Below, piece by piece: positions 48,214 to 62,670 of a DNA stretch of 64,000 nucleotides. The position numbers and the translations under genes are program-made. The stretch is from Schmidtea polychroa (lineage: Eukaryota): positions 10,046,001 through 10,110,000 of the forward strand of contig CM097885.1 of assembly GCA_044892525.1 (NCBI GenBank). Reading direction: 5' to 3'. Each line of letters opens with the position of its first letter. The stretch's first letter is position 1. The notes below the pieces were generated by a model, which made no database searches, was not told where the DNA came from, and saw only the letters and a program-made list of their open reading frames with translations.

Positions 48214-49016
48214 TGTTATTATTATTATTATTCTATAGCGACATACAATAAATTTTGGTTTACCAAAAAAGAAGTCTTCTAAAAATTAGAGTCGTGTGAT
48301 GAGTCTTTCTTTTAAAAATAAATGATTGGTCTTTGTTCAAAAAAGTCATCGATGAGTCATACAAGGGGGGAGGGTATGCAAAAAAAAGAAACCCCCTATC
48401 TAAACTATGAGTCATCGATGAGTCTTTGTCTATATGTCTTTGTTTAAATGTACTTAAATATTTGATTAAATGTCTTTGTTTAAATATTTGTTTAAATGTA
48501 TTTATTTAAATATTTGTTTAAATGTATTTATTTAAATTTTTGTTTAAATGTATTTATTTAAATATTTGTTTAAATGTATTTATTTAAATATTTGTTTAAA
48601 TGTATTTATTTAAATATTAAATATGTCTTTGTTTAAAAAATGATGAGTCATACATACTTTAATAATGAGTCAGTTGGCTTTGTTCCAAAAATGATGAGTC
48701 ATATGACCTTGTTACTAAAAATAGAATGACCTTGACCTAGTTACTAAAAATAGAATGACCTTGATGAGTCATCGATGACGTCACGTGACATTGTTACTAA
48801 AAATAGAATGACCTTGACCTAGTTACTAAAAATAGAATGACCTTGACCTAGTTACCGTGGTTACCACGGTTGCTATGGATGAGTCATATAACCTTGACCC
48901 AGTTACCGCTGTTGCTATGGATGAGTCATATGTCTTTGTTTTGCGCTGAGTCATCGGGGGGGGGTAGTGCAAAAAAATGACAAAAAACGATGAGTCATGG
49001 AGCACACTTCTCTACT
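47973..49016 (-). repeat. Polinton right TIR
   Basis: Inverted copy of 34546-35598 with a different number of 29-bp units and an extra segment at ~48850-48900. Confidence 0.96.
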
Positions 49017-49429
49017 CGGGTTGCATGTTTTCCATAGTCTTTACGTTTTCATATTATATGTTATGTGAACCTAATTGGTTTAAATACCTCTACACTAGCT
49101 TACGCTGCACATTAACTTCAAATTCAATTCAAATTCAAGTACTTCCATATTTGCTTTAACAATTACTCAAAATTCGTATAAATTTTGAGGGGAATGACAT
49201 TTTCCAAATAAAAATTGTACAAATACTCGAAATGGCAGGTCAAACAGAAAATTTCCCTTTAAAATGTGAAGCTGCAATGTCATTGCAAGATATTATTTAA
49301 ATATATAAATTTAATTAGTCTAATCGATAAATAATATTTATTAAATATTAAATAAAAATTATTTCGGTAAGATAATAAACTCTTTTCTATTGTAAAATAT
49401 ATCATAAAATTATATTTAAATTAATTTCA

Positions 49430-50230
49430 GAAAAAGTGGTAAAAGTGCACAATGTAACATATGTAAGAAGGAGCTCAAAAGATTAGGTGGATCAACAAGT
49501 GGACTCCACACACACCTTAAATCAGTACACAAAATTGTACTTAAAGAATTTTCTCCAGCTCCCTCTTCAGACTCTGTGTCGCAGTTGCAGCCAATTCCAC
49601 GAAAAAGAAGAATATTTGATTACTTTGTCAATTCTAAACTAGATTCGGAATCGATTCAAGCAGTCATATCAAAATTAACAGCAGTGGATAGAATTTTATT
49701 TAGATGTCTAGCTAAATCTGAGAAATTAAGAAAATCACTTAATTAATGTCCTATCATGTCCTCAAATTAAAAGACAGATTGTAATGGAATATTCAGAAAT
49801 GATTAAAATCAAATTAAATTAGAGCTTTTATATTTTACTAAGAAAGGAGTTAGATTTTCATTGTCTTTTGAGGAATGAACGTCATCTGGAAACAGAAGAT
49901 TTATTGTGGTTATTATACAATATAGAAATCATGTCTGGCATTTGGAACTTGTTAGAGTTAAAGGCACTCTGTCAGCCCCAAATTATATAATATTTTTAAG
50001 AAAAAGATTATATATCTATGGATTAGATTTAGAGAAAGATACAATATCCAGAACAACAGACGGATGTAGTGTTATGAAAAAAGTGCATAAAGAAATTGGA
50101 GGAATTTCGCAATTGTGTCAATCTCATGGATTTCATTTGACAGTTGTAGATGTTCTTTACAGGAAACTAAAGATGATGAAGATGATTTGGAAGCACAACT
50201 GTACACTTTTAATCCACAAAATCTCTCACT
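49430..50230 (+). pseudogene. hAT transposase remnant (BED finger and DDE region)
   Basis: AQCNICKKEL..GGSTSGLHTHLKSVH, FSLSFEE*TS, TTDGCSVMKK, CQSHGFHL; C-terminal KPTSVE at ~52030. Confidence 0.85.
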
Positions 50231-50249
50231 AAAAAACAAATTAAATTTA

Positions 50250-51874
50250 CTGTAAAATCCCGAGTATAAGCTGCAGCTAATACGTACATTCAGGCAACAT
50301 TTCTGAATTGCAGCTAATATGATGTGCAGCTTATACAACTAAAATACAATTCAAATCGAAGATAAGATTATTTATTTCAATTTTCAACATCACACTCCTC
50401 AAAACCATCAAACTTTTCATTGTCAATAAAAGTGAAATTTTCTAGTAATTCTACAATGTTTGGATCAGACTCGTTCACATTCATTTCATTTTCTTCAATT
50501 TCAAGAACATCGTCGTCTTCACTGAATGCAACACAAAAACCATTCAAAATGGTGGAAAGGTTAACATCTTTCCGAGAGGAAACAATTCATTCGAAAATAG
50601 TATTCCAGTCAGCTGCTTTCATATTTCCGGACTTAGTATGTTTGATGTTTTCATAATCTTTAATGATCCAATCTTCCCACTTCTTGCGCAATTTTGACTT
50701 GAACGAACGGTTAACAGTAAGATCTAATGGCTGCAATTTTGATGTCAATCCGGCAGGTATGAAAGCTACTTTGGATTCCTTCTTAATTTTATCAAGTGTA
50801 GTACTGACAAGATGTGAGTGATGCATATCAAATAAAAGCAATGATGGTACTTTTGGATCCTGGTTCCATGGTGTCTTTGGAGGCAATGTAATTCGACTCT
50901 TCCATACTTTCTTGAGCCATATCTCAAGAGTTTCATGATTCATCCACCCAGATCCATTAACTGCAATAACAAGCTTTGATTCAGGAATGCAAGTCTTTGG
51001 ATGTTTCTTTGTGCCCAAAATAACAAAAGGCGGAAGTTTAGTACCATCCTTGAGAACACATAGATTGACGGTAAATCGTTTTTTCTTATGTCCTGTAGTT
51101 TTAATTCGGACCTCTTTGGCACCTTTAGTCTCAATTGTGTACCCTAAAGGCATGTCACATTGAATGGAAACTTCATCAAAATTACCGATTTGATTATCGG
51201 GCAAATCCTTCTTTAAATCTGCGATGGTGCTTCTAAACTTGGCCATCTGAAATTCCCAATCTTTCGGTAATTGTTGCTTTGTGGTAGGCCGTCGAACACA
51301 AATATTCTTGCGTTTCATGAAATTATCAGTCCATTGAGAGCTCGCGACAAATCCTTCAATTTTCATCTCTTTGGCAATTACTTGTGCCTGTAAACGAATT
51401 CGAACAACCGACACTTGAAGTTCTCGTTCACGTTGAATTAGGATCCATTCGTGTAATTTCGTTTCCAATTCCGGATATCTAGCGTTACCACCACGCAAAG
51501 ATCTTCGATTTGGATTCATTGCTTTGATAACAGACTCTTGGGCGATCCATCGTCGAATAACAGTTTCATTAATATCATATCGTCTTGCAACCTCTCGTAT
51601 GTTTCCTAACTGACGAGCTAATTTAATAACTTCTTTTTTCTTTGTTGAACTAAAAGATCTTCGTTGTTTCTTTTGTTTTTGTTCAGAATCATTATCCATT
51701 TTAATCAAGGATTCAAAACAGTGCAATAAACAATGTAAACGATTAAAACAAAATGGTTATTGTCACGGTGAAATTTGTTTTTTTAATGATAGGTTGCTGA
51801 TTTTAAAATCATGTGTTTTCAACGCAAATGGTGCAGCTAATACGCGCTGTAGCTTATACGACTAAATTTTACAG
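50250..51874 (-). mobile_element. pogo-family DNA transposon
   Basis: TA TSDs; imperfect TIRs CTGTAAAAT...GTATAAGCT(G/A)CAGC. Confidence 0.93.
50587..51699 (-). CDS. pogo transposase (HTH, CENP-B HTH, DDD), premature TGA near the C-terminus
   Basis: RRSFSSTKK HTH, YPELE..L.EW, ASSQW..FMKR, NFDE, LLFD, QPLD; frame continues past the TGA (IVSSRKDV). Confidence 0.9.
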   Translation of the reverse strand: MDNDSEQKQKKQRRSFSSTKKKEVIKLARQLGNIREVARRYDINETVIRRWIAQESVIKAMNPNRRSLRGGNARYPELETKLHEWILIQRERELQVSVVRIRLQAQVIAKEMKIEGFVASSQWTDNFMKRKNICVRRPTTKQQLPKDWEFQMAKFRSTIADLKKDLPDNQIGNFDEVSIQCDMPLGYTIETKGAKEVRIKTTGHKKKRFTVNLCVLKDGTKLPPFVILGTKKHPKTCIPESKLVIAVNGSGWMNHETLEIWLKKVWKSRITLPPKTPWNQDPKVPSLLLFDMHHSHLVSTTLDKIKKESKVAFIPAGLTSKLQPLDLTVNRSFKSKLRKKWEDWIIKDYENIKHTKSGNMKAADWNTIFE

Positions 51875-54800
51875 TAGCTATCAATAGTCAAAATGAGTTA
51901 AAAGTTAAGCAAAACCCTACACAATCAAATAAGTTATCTTCAATTTTGAAAAGAGAAATGGATCTATTTGAAGTCAATGGAGGTATCGGCATCAACCTCA
52001 AACAAAGACACGATTGGTTATTAAACGTTAAACCCACCAGTGTCGAACCCTGTGTATTTTACGATCATATTTAATGAGAAAATCTCAAATTGATATAATT
52101 TCTTAAATTTAAGTCTACTCATAGTAAATACATTATGAATAAATAATTATAACAAAATCAGTTAATAAATTTTTATAAACTTCAAAAAATTAAAGTTTTA
52201 AATGGTACTTTTGATTTTTGTATTTATAAATATTTCGGTATTATTTTGGTATTAATACCGGTATCCCGGTTTTAAATTTTCAATACCGAAATATCGGTAT
52301 TGAGAAAATGGTGAAATCCCGACATGTACTATTAATAATACGTAGCATACACACCATAAACGTCCCAAAACCATTTCACTCGAGATTCTGTTGTGCTCAA
52401 CAAATTTCTTACGTCATCACATATTATTAAAACATAAAATACAAAAAATAGCATTTTAGAACCGCTACAGTTTGTTTAAAAGTTCAAAATGGAATTAAGA
52501 AATGATGCATTATGTCAAACTGTTGGTTTTAGTTTTAATGAGAAAACTTTACTGTTTAAAAATTACATCAATCAAACATTCTATAATTAAAAACATGAAA
52601 ACTGATATCCAATTTGTATTATAGTCATAAAAGGCAATATTTTGAAAAACAAATTCATTTCAAATTTCCAATGCTAATTAACCCTACAGGCACGTATGAT
52701 GTGCACAGCACACGAATCAAAACCACTGACAGGGACGTTACGATATTATTTTTTTTATTTATGAAACCCAATAAAATGGCATCTTCTTCAAAGCGTAATC
52801 TAATACAATATATTATTATGAATTTCACCATTATCTCTATAAAAATGTACCCGTCCCTGGACTGAAAGTCTGTTCCAAGAATAATACCCAATTTACATGA
52901 TATCAGTAAATGTAATTCTCAATAGAGGGAATTGTAAGTTTTAGAATTGGTAACCAAACTTATCTTGGAGATAACAATGTAAACCTTTCTCAGCTTTCAA
53001 AAAAATAAAATTTAACGAAGACTTCCTTTGGTATACAGACATCATTATTCAAGGATATAAAGTTTATGTAAATAATTATCATATCCTTTTTTTAAAAATT
53101 AAAGACTTTAAAATGTGCCGAGAGCAAAATATTGGTGAAAAGTAGAAAGATTTTGACTTACTCAATGCTTTCGTGTTAGAATAAATCTGCCTGCTTTTTA
53201 TTGGAATTAAGCTTAAAACTTTGGTTGATTTCCGGTAAAGTGATAAAAAAGAACATTTTCTTTTTTTACTGATTTATCTGTCGTATACTTTTTTAGTATC
53301 CTACACTCTATGCCATAAACTCAAAGTTTGCAAAATAATAATTTTGAAAATTTTATCCGTTTTAAAAATCACTTCTTCAACAAATGTAATAGAGGAAATC
53401 AAAGTTCTTATTAATAACCCCATTGACTGGTCTAAGGAAACAATTCTCGTTTTTATTGAAACATCTTGATATGTTAAAATATTAATGGAAAAGAAATTGT
53501 GGGAGATTGGGATTTAATCGCCAATGCCACACATAAAATTCTACTTTCACATATTAATAAAGTTTTTATAAAATATTTTAAAATCTACATCAGTTGAGTC
53601 ATTGCACATTTTTCTATGCTCTATATTCACACCTTAACATATTTAATGATTTGAAAGATCTTGACAATATTTTAAATATATTGGAATTGCCTAATTATTT
53701 CATGATAAAAAACTTAAAACTTTTAAAACATTCTGAAAACTGAATAAACTAAAACATGTAATTTTAAAGATTCACTTTCATTAAATGAACTAAAATTTTA
53801 ACATTTTTCATCAGACATGATCAAAAGGCGATCAATGATTTCATTATTCAATCTTTCTACAACACCATTTGAATAGTTATTTATTTATTTTTATTATAGG
53901 TGCGTCATTATTTGTGAGTGAATTTTTTGGAATGTGGTTAGACATAATTATGTGTTTACTTATTTAGCTATTTTAACTATTTGTATTTAGCCATTGTAGA
54001 AATGGCTTTCAAGTAATTTATTTTTATTTAAAATAAACTTTAAGGTTTGAATTTTGATCTGTATAAATATGAGATCAATATTCAAGCTCTTAAATGATAC
54101 TTTTTATCAACATTTTTTATTATAAATTATTTTTAATTAATTTTTCAGGATTTCTTTTAGGATTTTTATGAAATTTTAGTAAGTTATTTGGAATTATTTC
54201 GATATAATGTAAGTGAGATATATTTTTAAATTTAAATAAACATTTTTAAAGGGATTAATTAGTCGAATTTTGTCATGTTTTATTAAAAAAACTAATATTA
54301 AATTTATTAAAATTTGAAGATATATCTTACGAAATAATGTCTTTATTGTCTATACAACTCAAAGTTGAGTTTTTGGAATTTTCGTCAAAATTTTATTGGT
54401 CATTTTTTCTAAATATTTCTAAAAATGTCTATAAATTATTTATTACAGTGCGTTTATTCATTACAACGATTTTACATATCAAAAATTTGCATGCATTTTT
54501 ACTATAAGTTTTGTTTGTGTGTGTCAGTTTATTTTTTCTACCACTTTCTCACTTTCTATACTAAATGCGTTTATTCATTGCAATGTTAAAATCAACACAC
54601 AGATAAGTTTGTATGTTTATATAATATACACATATTGATTTTTTGTTTTATATTATAGGTGTGTTTATTCATTGCAAACAGGTGTAGTCTATATGTCATC
54701 TGTATGTGTGAGGTATGTACACGCAGACACAACAACTACAACCGCCTTTCGATGGGCTTTGTATATAATAATTAGTTATATGTAGCAATTAGAACGATTA

Positions 54801-56152
54801 CTAAAAGTAATATATCTAACTAATATTATTTTACACAGTATTAAAATACAAAAAAATACAAATTACAATAAATAAGTAATATTATATAACTGAAACCCTT
54901 ATCCTTGAATAATTTATAGCCTACTTTTACAATGACCTCGACTGTAACTGACTGTCACTTTTTATAATTTATAACATGATTTTCAATTAATTGTTAAAAT
55001 ATTTGTGTTTAATTTACCTTAATTTATTTTATTATAAAACAAAATACTGACCTACAGTCTGTAAAGAAATTAAGACAATTAAAATTGAAAATGAAAACAA
55101 GTCAATGATGATAAAGAGAAAATAAATTAATATTAACTTGAAATTAAAAATTCTAAAAATTGTGTTTTTTATTTCTGGCATTTTCTACAACCTGGGAAAG
55201 ATTTTTCTGTGTTGGGATATTGGATTACATTTCGTCTGGTTTTGGTAGTTTTAATGTCATTTATCAGATGCCATAATAAATAAGCAAAATGGCAACAACT
55301 AACAAAACATATTTGTTGTTTAGGAAGATAAATTCAATCGTATAGAAAGGTTAAAGGTTAACGAATTAAATTTATTATTGAAAATATTGTTGTATATAAA
55401 TGGGAAAATTTTATATATGGGAATATATATATGGGAAAAACTAATAAAAATTATGAAAATTAATTATTAAAACAAATATTCATAAAAATTTACTACTTAC
55501 ATATTAAAATAGAATAGTAGTGTTTTAATTTAGAAATATTTCCCATTCACAATTGGTTTTATTTTATTGATATTTTGTTTTATCTTGTCAATTTTAAAAG
55601 TTGTTTTTAATTTTTAATAGCACATGCATTATCAATGAATTTATAATGTTCATCAATCATTTGCAAGAGCCTCTCAAGGTTCGATGGGGCCCGAAAGTTT
55701 GGTTCACTTTTCCTTATTTCTTTTTTAAATTTGTTTTATCTCTCAAACAGTTTATATTGATTTCTTTTACTCCATTTGTGTACGATTAATATTTTTGTCA
55801 ATTTTTATGTGTTCTATATAAAGATTTCGGTGAAACCAGAACAACCTTGATAGCTCAAAGCTAATTTCAAATAAGGTTTAGAAATACGAAAGCAAAATGA
55901 GTTATCTCTTTAATCGGTTTCCCTTCTGTAGTTTCACAGTCTTCTTTAAATGATGCATTGAAGCATACGAATTCGTGGTGACCATGTTAGGCTCAATTAA
56001 ATTAAGTTTTATTAAATTATAATTTAATTTACTCAATAACAAATTTCAAATTCTTTTCAATTTTTTATAATATTCAAACAACTGAGACAATTATGACTTT
56101 GACATTAATGCAAATTTCGACCGCAAATACTTCTAATTGATTTTATTATTAA

Positions 56153-57987
56153 TCCTTTAGATACCGGAGTGACCTATGGGTCTAGAGCGATTTTCTCCGA
56201 AAGTATAAGACACAAATCAAAAGATTTTACATCATAATCTAGAACATATTTTTTTGAACATTTTGAGATATAAATCAAATTTTTATCATGTTCTGATCGT
56301 CAGATAATTGAGTTACTATTTTAAAAATAGGCCTTTTTCAAAATGGAATAGAACATTGAATTTGAATGAAAAAATTCATGAAACGTAAATTGTTTTATAG
56401 AACAACTATCGATCATTTATGAGTAGTAAATCTTCATAGAAAAAATAGTAAAACCTTTTGAAAATCTTTGAATTTTTTTCTTATAAATTTGAATAATTTA
56501 GAAATCTCTGAAAAAATTTGAAAAAGTCTACGGTATTTCATCTTTGCAAGATGAAAAATACAAAATTTACCTTTTAGAACTTTTCTAGAATATTTTAGAA
56601 TGTTCTAGAAGAAATATTTTGATATAAATAGCCATCAATAAATCATTTGTCAACAAATAAATTTAAATTATCATCAATAAATAAAAGTTCTCTGAATTTA
56701 TAATAAGTGAATTTTGATTCAGTGCTTTCTTCAATATTCTATAAGTAATTCTTGTCAAACTATCATATTCCAATTATTTTAGTTCATAATATATTTTTGG
56801 TGCAAAAATGGAGGATTTCTATATTTGGATTCAAAGATATAGATGATTGGACAGGTGAGGATCTGGGTCCGACAATCCATAAATTTTCTGAACAATCTCG
56901 TGTGTGCACTCAAATTGAACTGAACCCAATTGATATATTTGAACTTTTTTCGATGAAGAAATGATGAATCACATCGTGCATGAAACACATTTATATCAAA
57001 ACCAAAACAAAATAGGCATCAATCGAGAAAGCATGAAAAACTGGGAAAAAATCACAAACGAGGAATTGCATTCTTTCTTTGCACTGATATTTCTTACCGT
57101 AATGATATTTGTAGTGTTATGTTATTTTTTTATGTAATTTTGTGAATGCAACTACGAATGATAATCAATATTTTCATTCGAAGCATACTCGTCCCAAACC
57201 CCCACGAAAAAAAACTGTGTAGTAATTTTCTATATTAATAATTTTCTATAGTAATAATTTACTCTAGAGAAATTACAAAATAACAAAATCAAATAACAAA
57301 TCAATGCAAAAATTGAAAGCAAGGAAACGAAGAGAAATCGGAAAATTAAAAAAACTAAAGGGAGGAAAAAATGAAGGAGAAAAAGAAATTGCTCACAACG
57401 CAATAAATTAAAAGGAAAATACAACCTAACGAAAAAGTCTACTAACTAAAAGCAAGAAAATAAAATTGTGATCGAGATATTGTTGGATTAACATTATAAC
57501 TGATTCAAACAAACTACAGGTCCTTTTTTCTATCTAGTTAATAAACGTTTATTCGGTTAAATTAATTTTGCTATTTAAAGTATTATTTGAAATATTTATT
57601 TTTATTGTACTAAACCCCCCACAGGCACTTTACATACAAACACTCCAGCTCTACCAAAACAAGTTTTAAAGGTGACTCTGCTGAGTTCTCACAAATTTCT
57701 TATAACACACACGAAGCACTTTGACAAATAAAGATTATAATAAACATAACACTAAACAATCATAATAATATATAAAAGCAAAATGGATCCATTACTTCTA
57801 ACTCCAGTATTCAATCGACATATGTCAAGAAATAGATTTTATGATATTCTGAGATGCCCTCACTTCAGAGTACAGGAAAGTTGAGAAAATTTTTTTCTCA
57901 AATTTTTTAAATGTGTAAAATGATTATTATGAAGTAATCTTCCAAACAAATTTAGTTCGGTTGAAAAGAAAATCGGGACTCAAAAGG
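56153..57987 (+). mobile_element. Decayed piggyBac element
   Basis: TTAA-flanked (T/C)CCTTT...AAAAGG ends; remnants NPIDIFELF, IVHETHLY, ITNEELHSFFALI, PVFNRHMSRNRFYDILRC. Confidence 0.75.
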
Positions 57988-59205
57988 TTAAATATAGAAA
58001 ATTTAAATGTTATTTTAATAAATAAAATTTAATTGAAATACGTTTAATTTTAAAGAAATTTTATAATTTTTTCTCTTTTTTGACATGTCTTTTGAATATT
58101 ACAGAAAACATTCACTTCATTTCACTTATATAATTCCAGATTTGAATGACAAGTAACTGATAAGATAATTGAAAAGGATTATTTTATGATCGAAAATTTC
58201 CATTTATCAATTATGTTACAGCAAAACGCTTGCCTTGTAATTCATTTGTTTGACATTTAATTTATCGTGCTCTCAAAAAACCATAATTTTAGAAAATCTC
58301 TAATTTTTGCTAAAATGAAATCATTAAAATTATATATAAAAGAGAAAGGTATCACGCGTTTAATTAAGTAAAATCACCAGAAATACATAAAAAAACTACT
58401 CAAATAAAATAGTAAAATGATATTATATCACCAATATTTGGAAGTGTTCATTATTGAAGCATATTTACATATTTGCTCACTAATATGCTTAGTATCACAT
58501 TGATACTGCAATAAATATATAAAATAATTGTACTTGACCAATATGGTACAAATTGATGAATTTTCGATAGCCTATACCCTCCGACAGTTATGTTCGCTAG
58601 AATAAAATATATAAATCCAACTTTGTCGATCCTTTCCGTATAATGGTACTTTCCTTTAAATATTTTTATTATTATTTATAAATATTACTATTTATTATTA
58701 TTAAAAGTTACTACAAACATCTTACCTTCAAAGTTAGATTCAAAATAAAGCATCATTATGCGAGTAAAAAATAAACCGAAAAGAAATAATGAAATCTGAA
58801 AAATATGAAGTTAAAAAAATACTTTAAAAATATTATCATTATTTCTAAAAAATTTTAAAATTTTGCTATCACTTTAACACCTCGCTACCTCGCTACTCGT
58901 TTTGCACGTTTTCGATCTTAGACGGTTTTAAAATCAAAATTAAAAAAAAATTATTTGGAAAATGATTAATAAAACCATAATAAAATTGATAATAGCGTTC
59001 AAAGAAAAATTTTGTGTCTATGAATTAATTGATTTTAAACAACAAAACGAATATGATCATTATTTGCATACACATTTTAAACTTTTTATTTTTCATAATT
59101 TCGTTTTAGTTTTCACAATTAATTATATTGTAAATTATTTTAAGTAACTAAATGAGAATTGTTTTAAAACATCCTTTTATTTAATTTATAACTTTAGTTT
59201 TACCA

Positions 59206-59360
59206 TGGCAAAAGCAAAAATTAACAAAACAGAGATTAAGAGAAAAATTATATCTTTAAAAACAAAAATTGAAATTTTGGAACGTCTAAGAAATAAAGAA
59301 AGAATATTAGATGTTGCTAAATTTTATTTTATGAATGAAGCAACAATAAGAACAAGAAGT
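59206..59360 (+). pseudogene. Tigger/CENP-B N-terminal HTH fragment
   Basis: KRKIISLKTKIEILERL...VAKFY.MNEATIRT. Confidence 0.7.
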
Positions 59361-59464
59361 CTTCAAAGATATGACTAAAAATAAAACGCCTTAAAGTTCA
59401 AGGGTTAATAAAGATTATTGAATAATAATTTTACATTATATATAATTAATAATCACACAAAAAT

Positions 59465-60520
59465 TGACTGCAACAACACCATTCTTTTTTCCAGTGTTAA
59501 CACTGGTGGTATCTGCAACAATCATCTGTATTGAATTCCATAGGTGAAATTCATCGAGGACTTTAGAAATTCATTCAGCAATAGTTAAAGCCCTGGCATC
59601 TACAAAGTCAAGGACATTCAATTTGATTTCTCTTCTTTCATTTTTAAGGACGACCACTTGATAATCCATTCTGTCGATGTGCTTGCCATCAAAGTGTAAA
59701 GACCAACTTTCCATGTGCAACTTTTCAATCGTTTCTTCCTTCGGTTTGATTGACTCTTTGATTGTTGACTTGTAAATAGCTAATTGACATGGAGTTGAGA
59801 TGTCAATGCCTTCACGAGCCAATTGCTTGCATATGTTAGCAGCTTTGTTTGTTGATACTCTTGAGGAGGTCATCATGTTGACTGCAATTTTGCTTTTATT
59901 ATGTTTTATGCTTGGTGTAGGAGTTGTCTCATCTTCTTCATCATTGTTTTTATATTCACTGTCGTCAGCCTCAGAGTCAAAATCACTAAAACCAGGATAG
60001 TAAAATGATGAGTTGGATGACTCATTAGAAAGTTTTTGTTTCTTTACTGGCTGCTTGGCCTGTAGAGTATCCCACTGTTCCTTTGCTTTCCACTTGGAGA
60101 TGGTACAATCGCTTGTCCTCGGAAGATAACCATGTTCCATCCACTTTAGTAATATCAAAAATTTCATCAAGGGGTTCGTAGCTTCCCCGCTTGACACATT
60201 CATCATAACATTCATCAGTATTTTATCAAGCTTTGCTCCTATAACTTGATCAGATACATGAGAAAAATTCAGTTTATTCTTCCACAATTTGATGACTTCT
60301 TTGTAAATATCCGCTATTTGCTCCTTTCTTCCTTTGATTTTTGGTCCAAGGAAATGGTAGCGTCTGATAATTTGCTTTTAAAGAGGCATTCTGCAATTTT
60401 CTTCCAGTGAATATTCTTCCAAAGGGACCATTCTTCTTCTTTTATGAGAGTCTTCAAATTTTACCAGATTATTGATCCAGAAATCCTTCTGAATCCTTCT
60501 GAATGCTACGACGCCATGTG
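59465..60520 (-). pseudogene. hATm-like transposase remnant
   Basis: WSLHFDGK and, past an in-frame TGA at 59571, IVADTTSVNTGKKNGV. Confidence 0.7.
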
Positions 60521-61750
60521 TTGCTTCTGTAATAACTATAAAATTAGATGGGTAGCTATATATTGATTATATATATTGAGATATATATTGAGTTATAAAT
60601 TGTTCTAGAATGTTCTAAAGTCTTCTAAAATATTCTGTTATTTTCCAAAATGTTCTAAAGTTCTAAACATTTCTAATCTATACAAGATTTAAATGATTTG
60701 CAGGAAAGCCACACGTATTAGTAGTAGCAGTAACAAGATTAAATAAATGACGAAACGTAGTCTAAATTGCGAGGTGACCTTTTTTTACAACCGAGAAGAC
60801 TTGAACATGTTTTCAATGTTTTCTAATAAAAGTTCATCGATTTATGACACAGGAAATTAATTTTTATTACAAAGTCATAACCCTATATATAATCCATTGG
60901 ATATATGTGTAATTGATGGCCCCGTGCATCCAATGCAATGTTAAAATAATTGAATTTGTCTTGTATCTGTATATATGCATCTTTCGTCGCTAGTTTTTAC
61001 ACAGATGTTGTATTTTTAAAAAGTATTATATAAGTTTATTTTAAGTATGCAACTTTACAATTCATACCGGAACCAAACGAACTGAAATCATGCCACTTCA
61101 TAAAAACCAATGCTACCACATAAGAAAAACATTTTTGAATCGTTAAAGAAATTTAGAAACATTTACTGAAAAACAATTGCTAAATTTTATACTAATATAA
61201 TTTGAAAAGATTTCTCATTAAATCTTACCATCCATAAGACATAGGAAAAATTGCACATCCTCCTTGATTCTTCTTCTACGATATTCTCGTAAATTAGAAA
61301 ATCTTTTACGAGAAATATGACCACTGAAGTTATCAACATATTGGCGCCTGATTTCAGTCTACTAATGCTTGGCGTCCTGGAAATAAAAAGTTATTAATAC
61401 AAAACGCGATTTTATAAAATATATATTTGTGATATTATTATCAGTAAAATCATTTATCTTTCTGTTCACCTTTGTATTTATTTTCATTAAACCTTCATAT
61501 ACATATCAATCAACGTTCCCTCTAATTTTTTTTTAGCTGAGCAGAAAAAAAAATATTGCGCCACGATTAAAAAATTAAATAAAAATTAAGCAATTAGGAA
61601 TTCTTTTTATTTGAAAAATCATATTTTATTTTTATATAAGTACATGATTATTTTTTTTCTCGCCTATCTTTATTGTGCTTCCAGTAATGGTATACTTTAT
61701 CCAGATCAATAATATTTTCCGAAACTGGTCATGTTAGTCGAGAATGCCAA

Positions 61751-62670
61751 ATGAAAAAGAAAATGACGTGTTTTGCATGCGGAGTTGAAGGCCACGTACG
61801 GCGAGAATGTTCAACGATTCAATCCCAGAGATGTCACTTACGTGGACACAAGGAGATTGACTGCTATACAAATTTGGAAAGAAGGAAGTTTCAAACTAAT
61901 TCAAACATGAGAAACAATAATTATTATGCCCATCGAACCACAAGCTATCAACAAAAGATCAAAAATCCAGGAAGAACAATTGCAGCAATTGAAGCTAATG
62001 ACGAGACGATGCCACTTGAGTATTCAGATGATGCAGAAGACAAATATGAGGATATTCAGCACCCAAAAGTACATGTTTCGACACGGGAGGCAATGATCGG
62101 AGCAATATACTAGGTAATTTTGATATTGATGTAAATATTGGTCATAATAATTTTAATAATGTAAATAATCCTTATATATATATATATATATATAATAATG
62201 TAGAACCTTTATGTAATAATATTTGTAATTTTAAAAAGTTTTCTTTAAATAATTTTAAATGTTATAGTTATTTTAATGCTGATCGATCTTTTATAAATAA
62301 TAATAATAATCCTAAGAATCAAGAAGAGTATAATGAAATTAAAGAAGCAGAATATAATAATAAAATAGTAAATGAAAAAGTTTATAAATTTATTAAAAAG
62401 GCAGAAGATAAATTAGAGAGAAATGAAATTGGGTGGATTAATGAAATATGGAGCAAAATATTTTCACTAAAGATGAATGGAAACGATCGAAATTGAGTTA
62501 TGACAAAATGCAAGGTAGACCGAGCAACTCTTGAAATTCAGGGCTATAGAATGGAATGCTTACTAGATACAGGAGCAAGAGTAAATGTAATGGCATAAGC
62601 AGTTGTGGACAAATTAGTGAATGTGAAAATCATAAAAACAGATGAGATGTTAAGATGTGCAAATGAAGGG
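61751..62670 (+). pseudogene. Gypsy gag-protease remnant
   Basis: CFACGVEGHVRREC, a second degenerate knuckle, and ECLLDTGARVNVM at ~62555. Confidence 0.82.

Larger units (their letters stand above)
34546..49016. mobile_element. Polinton/Maverick (polintovirus/adintovirus-like endogenous element), 14.5 kb
   Basis: AGTAG...CTACT termini, 6-bp TSD CGGGTT (34540-34545 and 49017-49022), ~1.05-kb TIRs, and pPolB, integrase, ATPase, protease and two capsid genes. Confidence 0.98.
34325..49135 (+). mobile_element. Short (~340 bp) non-LTR retroposon split by the Polinton
   Basis: Direct repeat CAAGTACTTCC at 34314-34324 and 49136-49146; 3' tail TTCAAATTCAATTCAAATTC. Confidence 0.6.
34214..52331 (+). 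mobile_element. Decayed hAT DNA transposon hosting nested insertions (ends approximate)
   Basis: Subterminal ATACCG/CGGTAT/ATCCCG clusters at 34226-34278 and 52235-52321; transposase pieces at 49430-50230 and 51880-52050. No clean 8-bp TSD seen. Confidence 0.65.

Noticed and set aside
52614..55789. Short ORFs in AT-rich spacer
   Set aside because: No motifs, often non-ATG starts, lengths expected by chance.
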